DNA from: Lama guanicoe
Lineage: Eukaryota
Reading direction: 5' to 3'
NCBI GenBank assembly: GCA_013239625.1
Contig: MU053431.1
Location: 1,826,485-1,886,484, forward strand
DNA: 60,000 nucleotides
The notes below the pieces were generated by a model. That model was not told the DNA's origin. It made no database searches and worked only from the letters and a program-made list of their open reading frames with translations. The translations under genes and the position numbers were made by a program. Positions 34,301 through 46,050 of this stretch are shown piece after piece; within the stretch, counting starts at the first letter, position 1, and every line of letters starts with the position of its first letter.

Positions 34301-37300
34301 GAGGGCCCAGGCTCTCCAATCCCTTCCCCCCTCCCTCACTCAGAAGCTTCCCCCAGCCCCACTGGGCTGTGCCAGCCCTTCCCGGGGCAAAACCGTCCCT
34401 TCCCGTCCCGTGGGCACACCTGGGGGTCAAGTCGGCCAGAACAGTCAGTATGTCCTTCGTGGGAGATGTGCATTCTTTCTTTTTCCAGACGTGAAGGGAG
34501 GTGTGGGGAGCGCCCCTCTGGCTTCTGCGGCCCTCAGCGCTGTCAGTCCTGCCCTTCTGACGCTGACCCCTGCCAGCACCCTTGGTCTTGCTCTCCCACC
34601 TTCTTGAGTTAACTCTCTCCCTGTCCCCCCTTGTCATTTCAGGGTGACAGAGGCGAGAGGGGCCCAGAGGGGTTCCGCGGCCCCAAGGGCGACCTTGTAA
34701 GTGCGAGAACCTGGCTGCTCTGGGTCCTTCCTCAGGAGGCCCTGGCACAGGGATGGGGAGGGCATGCGGATGGCGTGTCCAGGGACGTGGGCAGCTGCCT
34801 TTCCCTGAGAGTGGGGGCAGTGAGCCACGACAGTGCCAGGTGGGTTGGGGGCCCAGGCAGCCCTCCCAGGAGCCCTCCAGCCTCGCGGCCCCTGTGGGTC
34901 TTTGAAGCCACTGTCACCTACCTAGCAAGCTCCTCTCTGGAGTGGCCGGGCCGGGGCCAGAGGACCAGACCACACTCCCAGGTGTGGCCTCTGACACCAC
35001 TGTCAAGGGGCCCTGGGCGGTGGGGCCTGACCTTGTGCCAAGGCTGCCCACCTGTGAAGCGGAGAAACAGGGAGAATGGCTGGGGTTAAGGGAGCATAAG
35101 TGAAGCCGAGATGGTTAAAGCAGCTCCTGAAATGAAGTGACGTCTCTGAGCTGGCACTTGGCTATGGATGCCTCCAAGCCAGCCTCGTCTCTTCTCCCCA
35201 CGTGAGCCTAGTGGCTGGAGGCCCAGGAGGTGGCCACAAGATGCCACAGCGTCCACAGGAGCCTAAGATAGCTCCCAGTTGATGGGCCTTTTCCCCCAGA
35301 GGTCGGGATTGGCCATCGCAGCTGTCCCTGCTCCGCCCCTGTCTAGAAAGTGGGGTGGGGCGCTCCGCACATCAATGGCTCGGGTCTGATCCCCATTCCC
35401 CAGGACCTAGTGAGGTAAGCTGGGGGAGCGCGGTCCCCACGGTCCTGACTGTGGACACTTGTGTGTCTTTTAGGGCAGACCTGGTCTTAAAGGTGTCCCA
35501 GGCATGTCTGGGCCAGGCGGAGAGCCGGTGAGTGCCCGTGGCCACTCCCTTTGCTTCCTGCCCTCTGTGATTGCTCCCCCTACCCCCGAGAATCCCTGGC
35601 CTCCCCCTTGGTGGGGGGGCACTACGTGCAGGCGGCTGGCCCTCACTTGTCTCACTGCCCCACTGCACGTCTGCAACGGCCCCTACCCACGTTTCCGTCT
35701 TGCCTGAGGCTGCAGGGCCTTTTGCTGTCCAGTCTGCACAGAGGTAGAGGGTCTTGGTTGGAGCTCATCTGTATTCCAGCGGCACACAAGGGAGGGGGGC
35801 ATTCTGGGGGTCCTGGGTCCTGGCCCTTTGCACCTGGGTCCCCTTGTCTCTGCTGCATGTCCCTGCCATTTGTCCCTGCTCAGCCCAGATCCACACTTCC
35901 TCCTGGACCGTCGGTTCCCTCCCCACCTCAGCCCTAGGGGCACCCCCCTTGCTGCGGCAGCGGGGAGGCAGGGCAGAAGGCAGGGGATGAGGGAACCTGG
36001 CTGCTCTGCTGCCTTCCCTGCACGTGGCTTTGTCCCCAGTTCCAAAATCAGTGGAGACTGGGATTAGGTAGCCCTGAGCTGGAATCCTGGTTCCCAAGCC
36101 TGTTTCCCCATCTGTAAAGTGGGCACAACAGAACTCCCCTGGGGCGCTGTGAAAAATCTGGGAGGATGCAGAGGGCAGCGTGTGGTCTGGATGCATCTCA
36201 CCACCCTCCCCTGCGCTGTCTGAGGGCACGCAGGTCCACCTGCCTGCTGAGCCATGAGGCCACAGACACCCCACAGGACCACGCAGGGTCCGCTGGCCTG
36301 GGAGGAGGGGCAGAGCCAGTTCAGGGAGACAGAGCAGGGAGCTGCCTGGAGGAGGTGGCCTGGAGGGCGACCAGACTGGGGGGAGGGGCACACACTGCCT
36401 GCCAGGCCTCACCCCACCCCACCCCCAGGGCATGCCGGGCAAGGACGGCCGGGACGGCATGCCAGGACTCGATGGCGAGAAGGTTGGTATTGGCTGGCGG
36501 GCTGCAGAGAAGGGGTCTGAGGAGCATTCAGCCTTGGGCCCTCAGCCTCCCATTTCCCCCCAATCTCACACAGGGAGAAGCTGGGCGCAACGGTGCCCCA
36601 GGAGAGAAGGGTCCCAGTGGGCTGCCGGTGAGTGCACATGGCCCAGGGACTCCCTGCCCGTGGTGGTCTCCTGCGGGTCCCTGAGCAGGGGTGTGTGCAG
36701 GGCTCTGCACCCAGGCCAGGGAAGCTGTAGGTGCCCCTCACCCTCGAAGGGTGCCCGGCAGCTCGTACCCCTGTCCTCTGTCCCCTGTCCTGCAGGGTCT
36801 CCCTGGACGAGCAGGGTCCAAGGGTGAGAAAGGAGAACTGGTACGTGGCTTCTTTCTCCCGAGGGAGCGGGAGGAGGGTGGCCACAGCCTGGCTCCTGGC
36901 TGAAGGGGACACGCGGGCAGACACTCAGGGCTCTCCCTTCCCCTGTAGGGCAGAGCTGGAGAGCTGGGTGAAGCTGGCCCTTCAGGAGAGCCCGGTGTCC
37001 CTGTAAGTATCCACAGCCCTCGTCCCCAGCCCGAGTGTGCAGGCCCTGCTGACATGTCTGTCCCCACGTGCAGGGAGACGTTGGCGTGCCCGGGGAGCGT
37101 GGCGAGGCTGGCCACAGGGGCTCAGCGGTGAGTGGGGAGTGGAGTCTGGGGGTCGGTGGGCACAGGGCCATGGCTGAGGGGCCTGTTTCTGTGCAGGCTG
37201 GGGTGGTTTTGGATGCGGGAAGGACTGAAACCACAAAAGCTGGGACACGGTGCCAGCCACCCTGAGTGTCCTGCCCTGGAGACCTTCATGCTGAGGGAGC

Positions 37301-40300
37301 AGCCTCGGCCCCGGGAGGCGCCGTGGAGACGCCCCAAGCCTCATGGCCCCGGGTAGCCCCAGAGCCTCGGGAGGCCCAGGGCACTGCTGCCTGGCACCAA
37401 GTCTGGCTGACGCATGGGGTCCGAGGGTGTGCCCTCACCTCTCTCCCCAGCAGCGGGGCCAATGGCTGAGGACCAGCTCCCGTGTCTGCCCAGCCCCCTG
37501 CGGGGGAGGCAGACCTGGACTCACGCTCTCCTTCTGTCTTTCAGGGGGCTCTGGGCCCACAAGGCCCTCCGGGGGCCCCTGGAGTCCGAGGTTTCCAGGT
37601 GGGTGAGGTTGGGGCTGGGGTATGTGCCCCGGTGGGCCAGCGGGGCTGGGAGGGGTCTCCACTGGGTTCCCTTGTGGGTGCTGACGAGCTGCGTCCTTGT
37701 CTGTAGGGCCGGAAAGGCAGCATAGGAGACCTCGGCCTGCCAGGCCCTCAAGGCCTGCGAGGCGATGTGGGTGACCGGGTAAGTGGCTGTCCCAGCGGGA
37801 GTGTCCTGCCCCTGCACCCCACCACCCACAGCCCTGGGGGCCACGCAGGGACACCGCGCCCTGTAGGCAGGTTTCAGCTGGGGGCTGACTTGGCACAGGT
37901 TACCTTGCTCAGAACTACCGTCACTGTCCCTGCTTCTCACCTTCCGAGACTCTCCTTGCGGTCTTCCCACAGCCGGCAGGTTCACTGTGGGGTCCCTGTT
38001 GTCCTGTAACGTTCAGGACGTGGTGGGCCTGGACCGGGTGGTGGTCACCATGTGACCAGGCAGCCGAGGGGCCTCCAGGAGGAGGCCATGGGTCCACATC
38101 TCTGCTCCCACCCAGCCACGTGGCACCAGGCCCCTGGGAACCCAAGAGTCTAGCTTGGCTGCCTGCCTGTCCGCCCCATCAGCAGCGACAGGGGCCCAGG
38201 CACCCCTTCATCCAGGGCACTGGCGAGGCCATGGAAACCACCAGCCTGGGGCTGGGACAGTGGGCCCTTCATTAACCTCCAGCCAGGAAATTCCAGGGGG
38301 TGGGGACATGCCAATGACACCAGGGCCTCCAAAAGGTGGAGAGGGAGGCCCTGGGCACTATGCCTGGCCCCGTGGGGGTGCGGGGCCAGGTACTGGACCC
38401 CCCAACCCCCACCCTCACCCACGTTTTGAGATCACAGGAGAGTCCCACACCTTTTGCCCTTTGGGTGGGTTCTCACTTGTGCTGCTATCTGAGCAAACAG
38501 ACGATTTTTAATGCTTCACGGGAGATCCTGGCAGTACCCAGCCACGTCCCTAATCCCCCAATCCACGGGGAGGATGACTCGCAGGAACTCTTGGCCCTGA
38601 CTCAGCAGCTCCCCTGCGTACCCTGAGGTCACCCCAAGGCCGTGTGAGTGACAGGGCCACACAACGACCACTGTCGCCAACACGGCCGAGCTTAGAGGCC
38701 TCGCTGCCCCCAGCAGGGCCCATGAACCACTGTGGCGCTGCACGCGGGCAGTGCTAGGAGCCCCTAGGAAGACAGGGCTTCTACCAGGAGATCCTGCAGC
38801 ACTTGGGACAGGCCCCAGGCAGCATCCTGGTGGGAAGCTGTGTCCACGGGAGCCTGGCCCCGTCCTGGCTCCAAACCGGGCTGCAGGTCACTTCAGGGAC
38901 ACCTGTGACCTCTGTAATGCTGACCTTTCTCTGCTCAGGGCCCTGGAGGAGCCACAGGCCCTAAGGGAGACCAGGTGAGCGGGTGGTCAGGTGAGGTGTG
39001 GGTCAGCTGTGAGCTCCCTCCTGCTCCCTCCAAGTTGACAACTCTGGGCACCCAGCCCCGGACACTGCGTGCAGCCTTCCTGGGTGTAAACGGCAGGGCC
39101 ACCAGCCTGATGTCACTGATTGGCTCCTGGGTGCGAGAGTGGCTGCCTCGCCTGGGTGGCGCATCGGGGACCCTCAGAGGTGGGGGGTGGGAGTGTATCA
39201 CCTGCTGATCGGTCCGGGTTCCAGGCGTCCGTTTGCAGGAACAGATTAGAAATTCGTTTCTCTCTCTGGAAAGGCCCAGGGGTGGGGGCCCGCACTGTTG
39301 CAGCTCTGCGTCTGACCTCCCGGTAGCGCCCAGAGGCTCTAGAACAATCTACACCCACCAAGGCTCTGCTCTGTGCCCACCCGGGCCTGGGTCTCAGGCG
39401 CCAGCTCCCACCAAGACTGGGGACGGTGGCGTGGACAGTTCTTCAATGTTAGGGTGTCGTTTCAGGGCATTGCGGGCTCGGACGGTCTTCCTGGGGAGAA
39501 GGGAGAACCGGTAAGTGTGACTGAGCTGACCTCACTTTTGTTAATGGCAGAATGAACCGCTGTGTTGGGAGGTGGGGGAGAAGGGCAGACTGCAGATCCA
39601 GAGACTCCGAAGAGGGTGGGAGTGGCAAGCCCAGTGTCCGGGGCCAGCCAAGGCCCTGGCCGCTGACCGGCCCCCGAGGCAGAGGGCGGGACCCGTGCCG
39701 TCCTCAGGAGAGGCGGCCCCGGCCTGCAGCGGGGTGTCTCCCTCTCCTGCTCCTCGGAGGAAAGACCTGGCTCCCACATGGCCCGGGTTTCTAGTTCTGT
39801 CACTGAGCCTTTCCTCGAGTCTGGACGAGATGGAGATGGCTCGGCCCCAGGGACCCTCGTCTCCGGCAGGACTGTAGTCCAGTGCGGACTTCCACATCTC
39901 TAGCCAAGACCATCGCAGTCGTGTGTGTGATTTATTTCGGTGATTCCCAGACAGCCCTGACACACGGGACCCAGGGAACCCACCTCCTGCTGATCTGCTG
40001 TGGGGTGGACCATGCAGAGACCTGGGAGCGACTTACCCCTCAGGCCCTGCGAGCTGGAAAGCCGGGGCAGCCTGGGCTCTCCCACCAGGCAGTGACTGCG
40101 ACACGGACAAGTGGCCCTGGGCCGTCTGCTGTCTGGCTGGGGCCGTGTCCCCGTTTACCTCCCGCCAGGCAGCTTCCTGAGGACACAGCTGGAGGAGGGG
40201 GCCTTAGGCACAGGCGCTGGCAGCGCTGCCTTGTGTGTGACAGCAAGACATGGTGAACGTGGACAGGAGAAGGCACCGCGCGGCTGCGGCTCACGCTCCT

Positions 40301-43300
40301 TAGGGGAGCGAAGTCTAAAGAGTCGGTAGCCACACCGCAATCTCAGAAGCTAAGACCCAGACCTCGGGCACAGGAAGCGGCCCTGGGGATGCTGGACGCC
40401 GTCAATGAGCAGCTGCACGGGCCACTTGGTTTTTCCCTCATCCCTGGCTGACAATGTGCTAGACTGGTACCTTGGGAAGCAGTGCCCACCTGACTAATGA
40501 TGTGCGAGCAATTAAAACGAGCAACTTCTCTTTTGCAGGGTCCCAGTGGCCCTGTTGGACCCAAAGGAGAGGTGAGTGCCCGGCAGACATTCCAACGACA
40601 AAATCCCAAGGAGCCCATTGGCTTCTCGGGTGCCTCTGGCCGCTGGGCCGGCCTCGGGCCTGACAGATGTGCACATCACAGAGGCCTGCTCTGCCCAGAA
40701 GTCAGACATCCCTGGCCTGGGGGGTGCGGCCCGTGGGGGTGGCTCGGCCCCCGCCCATCTCTCCCCGCGTTTTCTCCCCAGTCTGGCAGTCGAGGGGAGC
40801 CGGGCCCCAAAGGCATCCAAGGTCCCAACGGCACCAGCGGCGCAGAAGGTGTCCCAGGCCCTCCCGGCCCCGTGGGCTTCCAGGGCGTTCGAGGCGTGCC
40901 TGGCATCACGGGGAAACCGGGCGTCCCGGTACGTCTCTCCTTCCCTCTCCTGAGCCCGTGCCGCCGGCCTCGGGCTTTCACTGGGTTTAGGTCGTGCTTT
41001 TTGCGGGACAATCAGGTTACTTTTCAGAGCGTGACAGTGGGGGCGCCCCCATAGGCTGACGCGCTTTGGGGTGAATTCCAGGGGAAAGCAGCCAGTGAGC
41101 AGCACATCCGGGAGCTGTGCGCGGGCGCCGTCAGCGGTAAGCGCTCCCGTCCTGGGCATCCTGGGCGTCCTGGGCGTCCTGGGCATGGGCGGCCCCGGCC
41201 CGGCCCCCTGCCAGCCCCCTGCCAGCCCCCCTTTCCGGACCAGCTGAGCCCTGGGCTGACTCACACTTGTGGTCCTCGGGGGTCTGTCCGCACCGGGTAA
41301 GGCTCCCTCCCCGCAGGGTTACTGCGGGGCTGGTGCCCGGCGGACTTCTCAGGGTCCCCTGGGTGCAGTCACAAGGGGCAAATAATCGTGCCCTTTGGAC
41401 TCTGGCTGACCAGCTGGGCAGCTCCTGGTCCCCGAGTCACAGGCCTTTAAAGAGCTCCTGGGCCCGTGGTTCACGCTGATACACCAAGCCCCTAAGCACG
41501 TTTATTATGCACCTGAATCCGTCAAAGCCTTTTTGAATCGGTGGACAAACTTCCTTTGGAAGGCAGTACCTCTGTGCTGCACGGAATGTTCTTCCGCTGA
41601 ACAAATGCTTTATCTTTCTTTTCCCAAAAGAGCAAATTGCACAGCTGGCTGCTCACCTGAGGAAGCCCTTAGCACCGGGCTCCATCGGTCGGCCTGGTCC
41701 CGCTGGTCCCCCTGGCCCCCCCGGCCCCCCTGGCTCCATTGGTCACCCTGGTGCTCGAGGGCCCCCTGGATATCGGGGTCCCACCGGAGAGCTGGGAGAC
41801 CCCGGCCCCAGAGGTGAGTGCCATTGGCCCCCCCCAAGTGGCTAATCCACTGGGGGCAGCCCCCAGGCCACATCATGAAACCCACCCCCTCCACATAGAG
41901 ATGCTGCCCCCCCTCGGGGACAAGGGACGGAAGAGGACCTGAGGGGAAACTGGCTTGAAGTCACCTGGACACGAGCCAGGGGCCTTCCGTCCTTGACCAT
42001 CTGTGTCTGACCCGCATCTGAGTGGCCTCGGTGCTCCTCTTGTCCCCGCGGCTCCCCTAGAAAAGTGGGGGGTCAAGCTACTGCGAGAAGCCACCTCGGG
42101 TCGAAGCCCTTCGTGCATGGGGCCCGCTCCGTTCACTCCTTGCCAGGCCTCAGGGATGACAGCACCTTTCGAAATGTGACGCTTTCCTCAAACACCACTA
42201 GAACACCATTCGGGGGAGGCAGGGTGGATAAAACTGTGAGGGGTGAGTCAGCAGGAGCCCTATTTATACGGAGCACGCACGTACCTTGATGAAGGTTGGC
42301 ACATAGGAATACTTGTGGCAAAAGGCAAAAATTGTAAAATTCAGAAGGCCGCGGTGAGGACCATGCAGAACTAGGGTAAGTAACTTAGAAACGAGGCGGA
42401 GGTCTCGACCCACGTGCGGTGCCGTCCGTGCGGCTGTCCAGACAGCACAGCTGGGAACAGCTGGCCACAGACCGCTTCCCAAATGGCTGACGTTTACTTT
42501 GGTTTCGAATTCTAAGTTGGCCACCACCGCCAGCCTGCGTCCAGCCAGCTAGACTCAGGGCCCAAGTGAGGGATTTAAAGCTCCTGCTTCCGGCTCACTC
42601 CAAACTGTTGACCGGATAATTTTCTGTTTTTCAAAAATAGCTTAAGCAAAAAGCTCCCAAGGGAAACTGACTTATGTGGGCGTCTTCATCTGTGAGGTTA
42701 AATTCAAACACTTCAGCAGGTGGGAGTCCTTCCGTAACTAGGGATTCCGTTTCGTTACTCTGAAGACACTTAGAGACGCGTCAGCACCAGGGGCAAAGGT
42801 GTCAAACACACCTTCTCATCCCAGATGCGACGTTCGCCCCCAATTGACCATCAGGCAGCCTCCTGTCTCCTTGGAGAGTCTGAGTCCCAAGTGTCTCCAG
42901 CCGTCTGTGCCAGTACACAGCATGTCAGCGAGGGCGGCCTTCAAGGGACCAAACAGGGCAAGTTTTCCCTAAGTAGGGATCTGAATGCCTTTAAGACTTT
43001 TGAAAATAAAATCCAAAAGTAGCATTAATCACCTTTACTGGCGCTCAGAAAAACTGCAGGTCGGCATTAAGTGCAGCCACACTCCAGCCCAGGGTCAGGT
43101 GTGTCCCCTGGGGCACTTGCCCCCACGGTCGGTCCTTCTATCAGTCCAGCGGCCCAGGGACGCCCAAGGGCCTTGTCTGAATTGGAAGCCACCGTCACCG
43201 CTGGGCATCCCTCTCCCCCAGGGCCAAGGCAGGTCAGGGACCTGCTCCCAGCCCGGCCCAGGGCCTGGGCTCCTGACCCTGTGTAGAGGGTGTGCTACCT

Positions 43301-44763
43301 CAGGCGTAAATATTTCCAACAAACCAGAAGTCCGTCAGAAGTGCTGCTCTGATACCCGGAGCCTGGGGGATGAGGGTCATGGTCAACCTCCATCGAGCCC
43401 ACACTCTGCTGTGTCTTCTTCTAAGAGTCTCAATTCAGCAAAAAGCAGGCGCCCTACCTGTAAAAAGCTGGGAGGGTGCTCCCCGCAGAAGTCTTTCTGG
43501 AAAGTTGAATCGGGTCTTCTAAGTGTGTGTCCTGTGCCTTTGACAGGAAGCCCAGGGGACAGAGGAGACAAAGGCGCGGCTGGCGAGGGCCTGGACGGGC
43601 CCGACGGAGAGCAAGGGCTCCGAGGTACGAGGCCCTGGCCACGCGCGCGCTTCCATCCTGACACCTCCCCCCCGGCCACGTGAGCGCTTCTGTCCTGACC
43701 CCCAGCCCCTACCCTGGCCTGGCCTCGTGCGCGCGCTTCCGTCCTGACACCTTGTCGCTAAGCGTGTCTCGCTGTCCGAGGCACAGCCGCTGCCTCCTGG
43801 CAAGGCACTCTTAGAGGCGAGGTTAGGAGCTGCTTTCATAGCCGCTTGAATATGTAAAGTTTCACCCATGAACAGATCGACCCGTGTCGGCTGCAGTTAA
43901 GTAGATTCAGTTCAATTCTAGTCAAGTAAAGCCATTTAGTATCTATTTCAGCTAAATTCTAACCGAATTTTCTCCTAACTGACCTACACCTGCCTTGATG
44001 TTTAAATTTTTAACGCGGAATAGAAATGCTCTGCCGAGAGGGAGGAGGCCAGGCCCAGCGGGGCCGCTCCCGCCCATCAGCCCAGCTCCTTCGCCGCCCC
44101 GTTCCACCTCCTCGGCTCCAAACCCCTGGGCCCTGAGGTTGTTCCCCAGGTTCTCGGCTTCTCCTGCCGTCTACCTGCTCAGGGCCACCACCTCGCAGGG
44201 GCCTCCTGCCTCGCTCACACTCAGTGCTCCCCTGTGGTGGCCACCGTCTTCGTCACCACGCCACCCCCAGGCACGCCCTCTCGCTCACCCCAGACCCACC
44301 CTTCACACGGCACCGCCAGGCGGCCGTACTCAGGACCAATCCCGACTCCCGCACCCTGCGGCTTGCCCCCGTGGCCTCTTGCCGCAGCTGCCACGTCGCC
44401 CCCGTCAGGCCTCTGTCCTCACTGGTGTCTTAGCCCAAGCGCGCCGCCCCTGGGCCGCCCCCAGAATTAAGGGACAAGCTAGGGACACCCAAGGGCTGGG
44501 ATGGCATGCTGAAGGGACGGGCCACTCCCTCCTCCTCCCGTGTCTACACTCACCTCCCTGGTCTGTCTCAAGGACCACAAGGCGTGCCTGGCATCAGCAA
44601 GGACGGCCGGGACGGGGCCCCCGGCGAGCCTGGCCTCCCCGGCGATCCCGGGCTCCCCGGAGCTGTTGGTGCTCAGGGGACCCCCGGCATATGCGACACC
44701 TCTGCCTGCCAAGGAGCCGTTATGGCAGGGGGCGTGGAGAAATCCGGTCCCCGGAGTTCCTGA
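25206..44763 (+). CDS. COL9A3: Collagen alpha-3(IX) chain, 684 aa
   Basis: 32 exons, all GT-AG, total 2055 nt: 25206-25283, 25862-25930, 27115-27150, 27789-27860, 28551-28604, 29736-29771, 30025-30048, 30272-30325, 30637-30690, 31072-31113, 32285-32341, 32759-32812, 33406-33459, 33719-33772, 34211-34264, 34643-34696, 35474-35527, 36429-36482, 36574-36627, 36796-36840, 36949-37002, 37074-37127, 37545-37598, 37707-37778, 38939-38974, 39466-39510, 40539-40571, 40782-40928, 41082-41136, 41631-41813, 43547-43624, 44573-44763. Signal peptide, many 54-nt Gly-X-Y exons, NC3 ([10 protein letters not shown]), NC2 (IRELC...[13 protein letters not shown]) and the FACIT NC1 cysteines (GICDTSAC). Confidence 0.98.
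25603..25620. promoter_or_regulatory. Paired SoxE (SOX9-type) site in COL9A3 intron 1
   Basis: CACAATG-tcgc-CTTTGTT: two inverted HMG-box sites with a 4-bp spacer. Confidence 0.65.
36075..36160 (+). mobile_element. MIR core fragment
   Basis: gaatcctggttcc...cctgtttccccatctgtaaagtggg is the MIR core motif. Confidence 0.6.
41149..41187. repeat. 9-bp tandem repeat (CCTGGGCRT)x4 in COL9A3 intron 29
   Basis: gtcctgggcatcctgggcgtcctgggcgtcctgggcatg. Confidence 0.85.
43637..43753. repeat. Three-copy ~37-47 bp minisatellite in COL9A3 intron 31
   Basis: ggccacgcgcgcgcttccatcctgacacc / ggccacgtgagcgcttctgtcctgaccc / ggcctcgtgcgcgcgcttccgtcctgacacc. Confidence 0.8.
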
Positions 44764-45222
44764 AACACAACTTAAGGACGAGAGTGAGAAAGTGGTGTCA
44801 GCTGAAGCAGCGAGCTCTGGAGGGGCGCCACGGGGGTCCATTCTGGGATTAAGGAGCAGATGACGCGAGGCCCTGCCGCCCAGCCAGGCCTTCCCGCTGC
44901 TCCTCCACGTCCTTGGTGGCTGCCGCCAGACACTTGGTCCCCGAGAGCATCCCCATTGAGCCGTGGTCAAGAGCATTCTGACTACGTGTGTCCACGACGG
45001 TCTATTCGGCTGTAACATCATACCTCAGACTCAGGCCTGTGTAATAAGTCGTCAGCCCAGAGTTTGAGAGGAACACAGTGCGTACACACAGGAAGTTCTG
45101 TACAATTCCACGAGAGAAAAATATCCAACTTGTTTACGAGCATTTGTGTAAAGACTAAGATATAATCCCAGTAAATCGATATATGAGGTTTTCAGATTAA
45201 GACTGGCCACAGTGTTACAAAA

Positions 45223-45228
45223 AATAAA
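45223..45228 (+). terminator. Poly(A) signal of COL9A3
   Basis: First AATAAA I found after the stop codon, 460 nt downstream. Confidence 0.75.
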
Positions 45229-45322
45229 GAATTTAATGTCTGACGCCCTTCCATACAAAGGTCTAGTCTGATTTGCCTCCTGCTTCTGTGTACAAACTTC
45301 GAATCATCTCCTGTTGACAGTA

Positions 45323-45328
45323 TTTATT
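45323..45328 (-). terminator. Poly(A) signal of TCFL5 (alternatives at 45421-45426 and 45232-45237)
   Basis: TTTATT on + is AATAAA on -, at the end of the AT-rich TCFL5 3' UTR. Confidence 0.6.
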
Positions 45329-46050
45329 GAAGGTGACTGTATTGCACTAAAGGCTGTTGGTATTATCTGTTATCATAAATAAAGCCACTCATTTGAAAAA
45401 CTCCGTTCCAAACACTACAGTTTATTACACAGAAAGTAATGACTCAATATGGAACGAGGGCACTGAAGCAACCGCTGTGACAGCGTTTCACTTATGGACA
45501 AAAGCACCTTTAAAGGGAGTCTCTGGAAAGCTTCCAGCAGAACGGTTTAACATAGGACTGCGTTTTGCAATGCAGCTCTGTGTGGCTGGAAATCACTGCA
45601 AGGGCAAGCGATAAACAAGTGAAATAAAAATTCCAAACTACTTACAGTTACGAACAACTAATTTGTTCCAGTTGCTAAGGGGCATATTTAAAATGTAAAT
45701 GAAATAAGTAAAAAGCTATGTACCCTTTAAGACCAAAGCAATTACAAAGGATGTTAATTTCTTTACGTTATCATGTTAAGAAAACATGATAGAATCAGAC
45801 AGATAATTGAAAATTACTTACAAATTGTCAAGATGTCTTTGTCCCCAAAAGGTCTAAGAGGACATTAATGGATGTTTTGTCTTAAATATTTTTACAAAAT
45901 GTGCTTTCAAAGTCCCCACCGGAGTCCCATCAGCTGAGCCGTGTCCCTGGAGCGTTAGACTGTCGAGCGGAGTCCCAGGTCTGGAGGAGAGCGTCTGCGG
46001 GTCACGAAGGGACGGCCACGTACTTCCCCAGGTTTCCCGTCCACGCCTGG

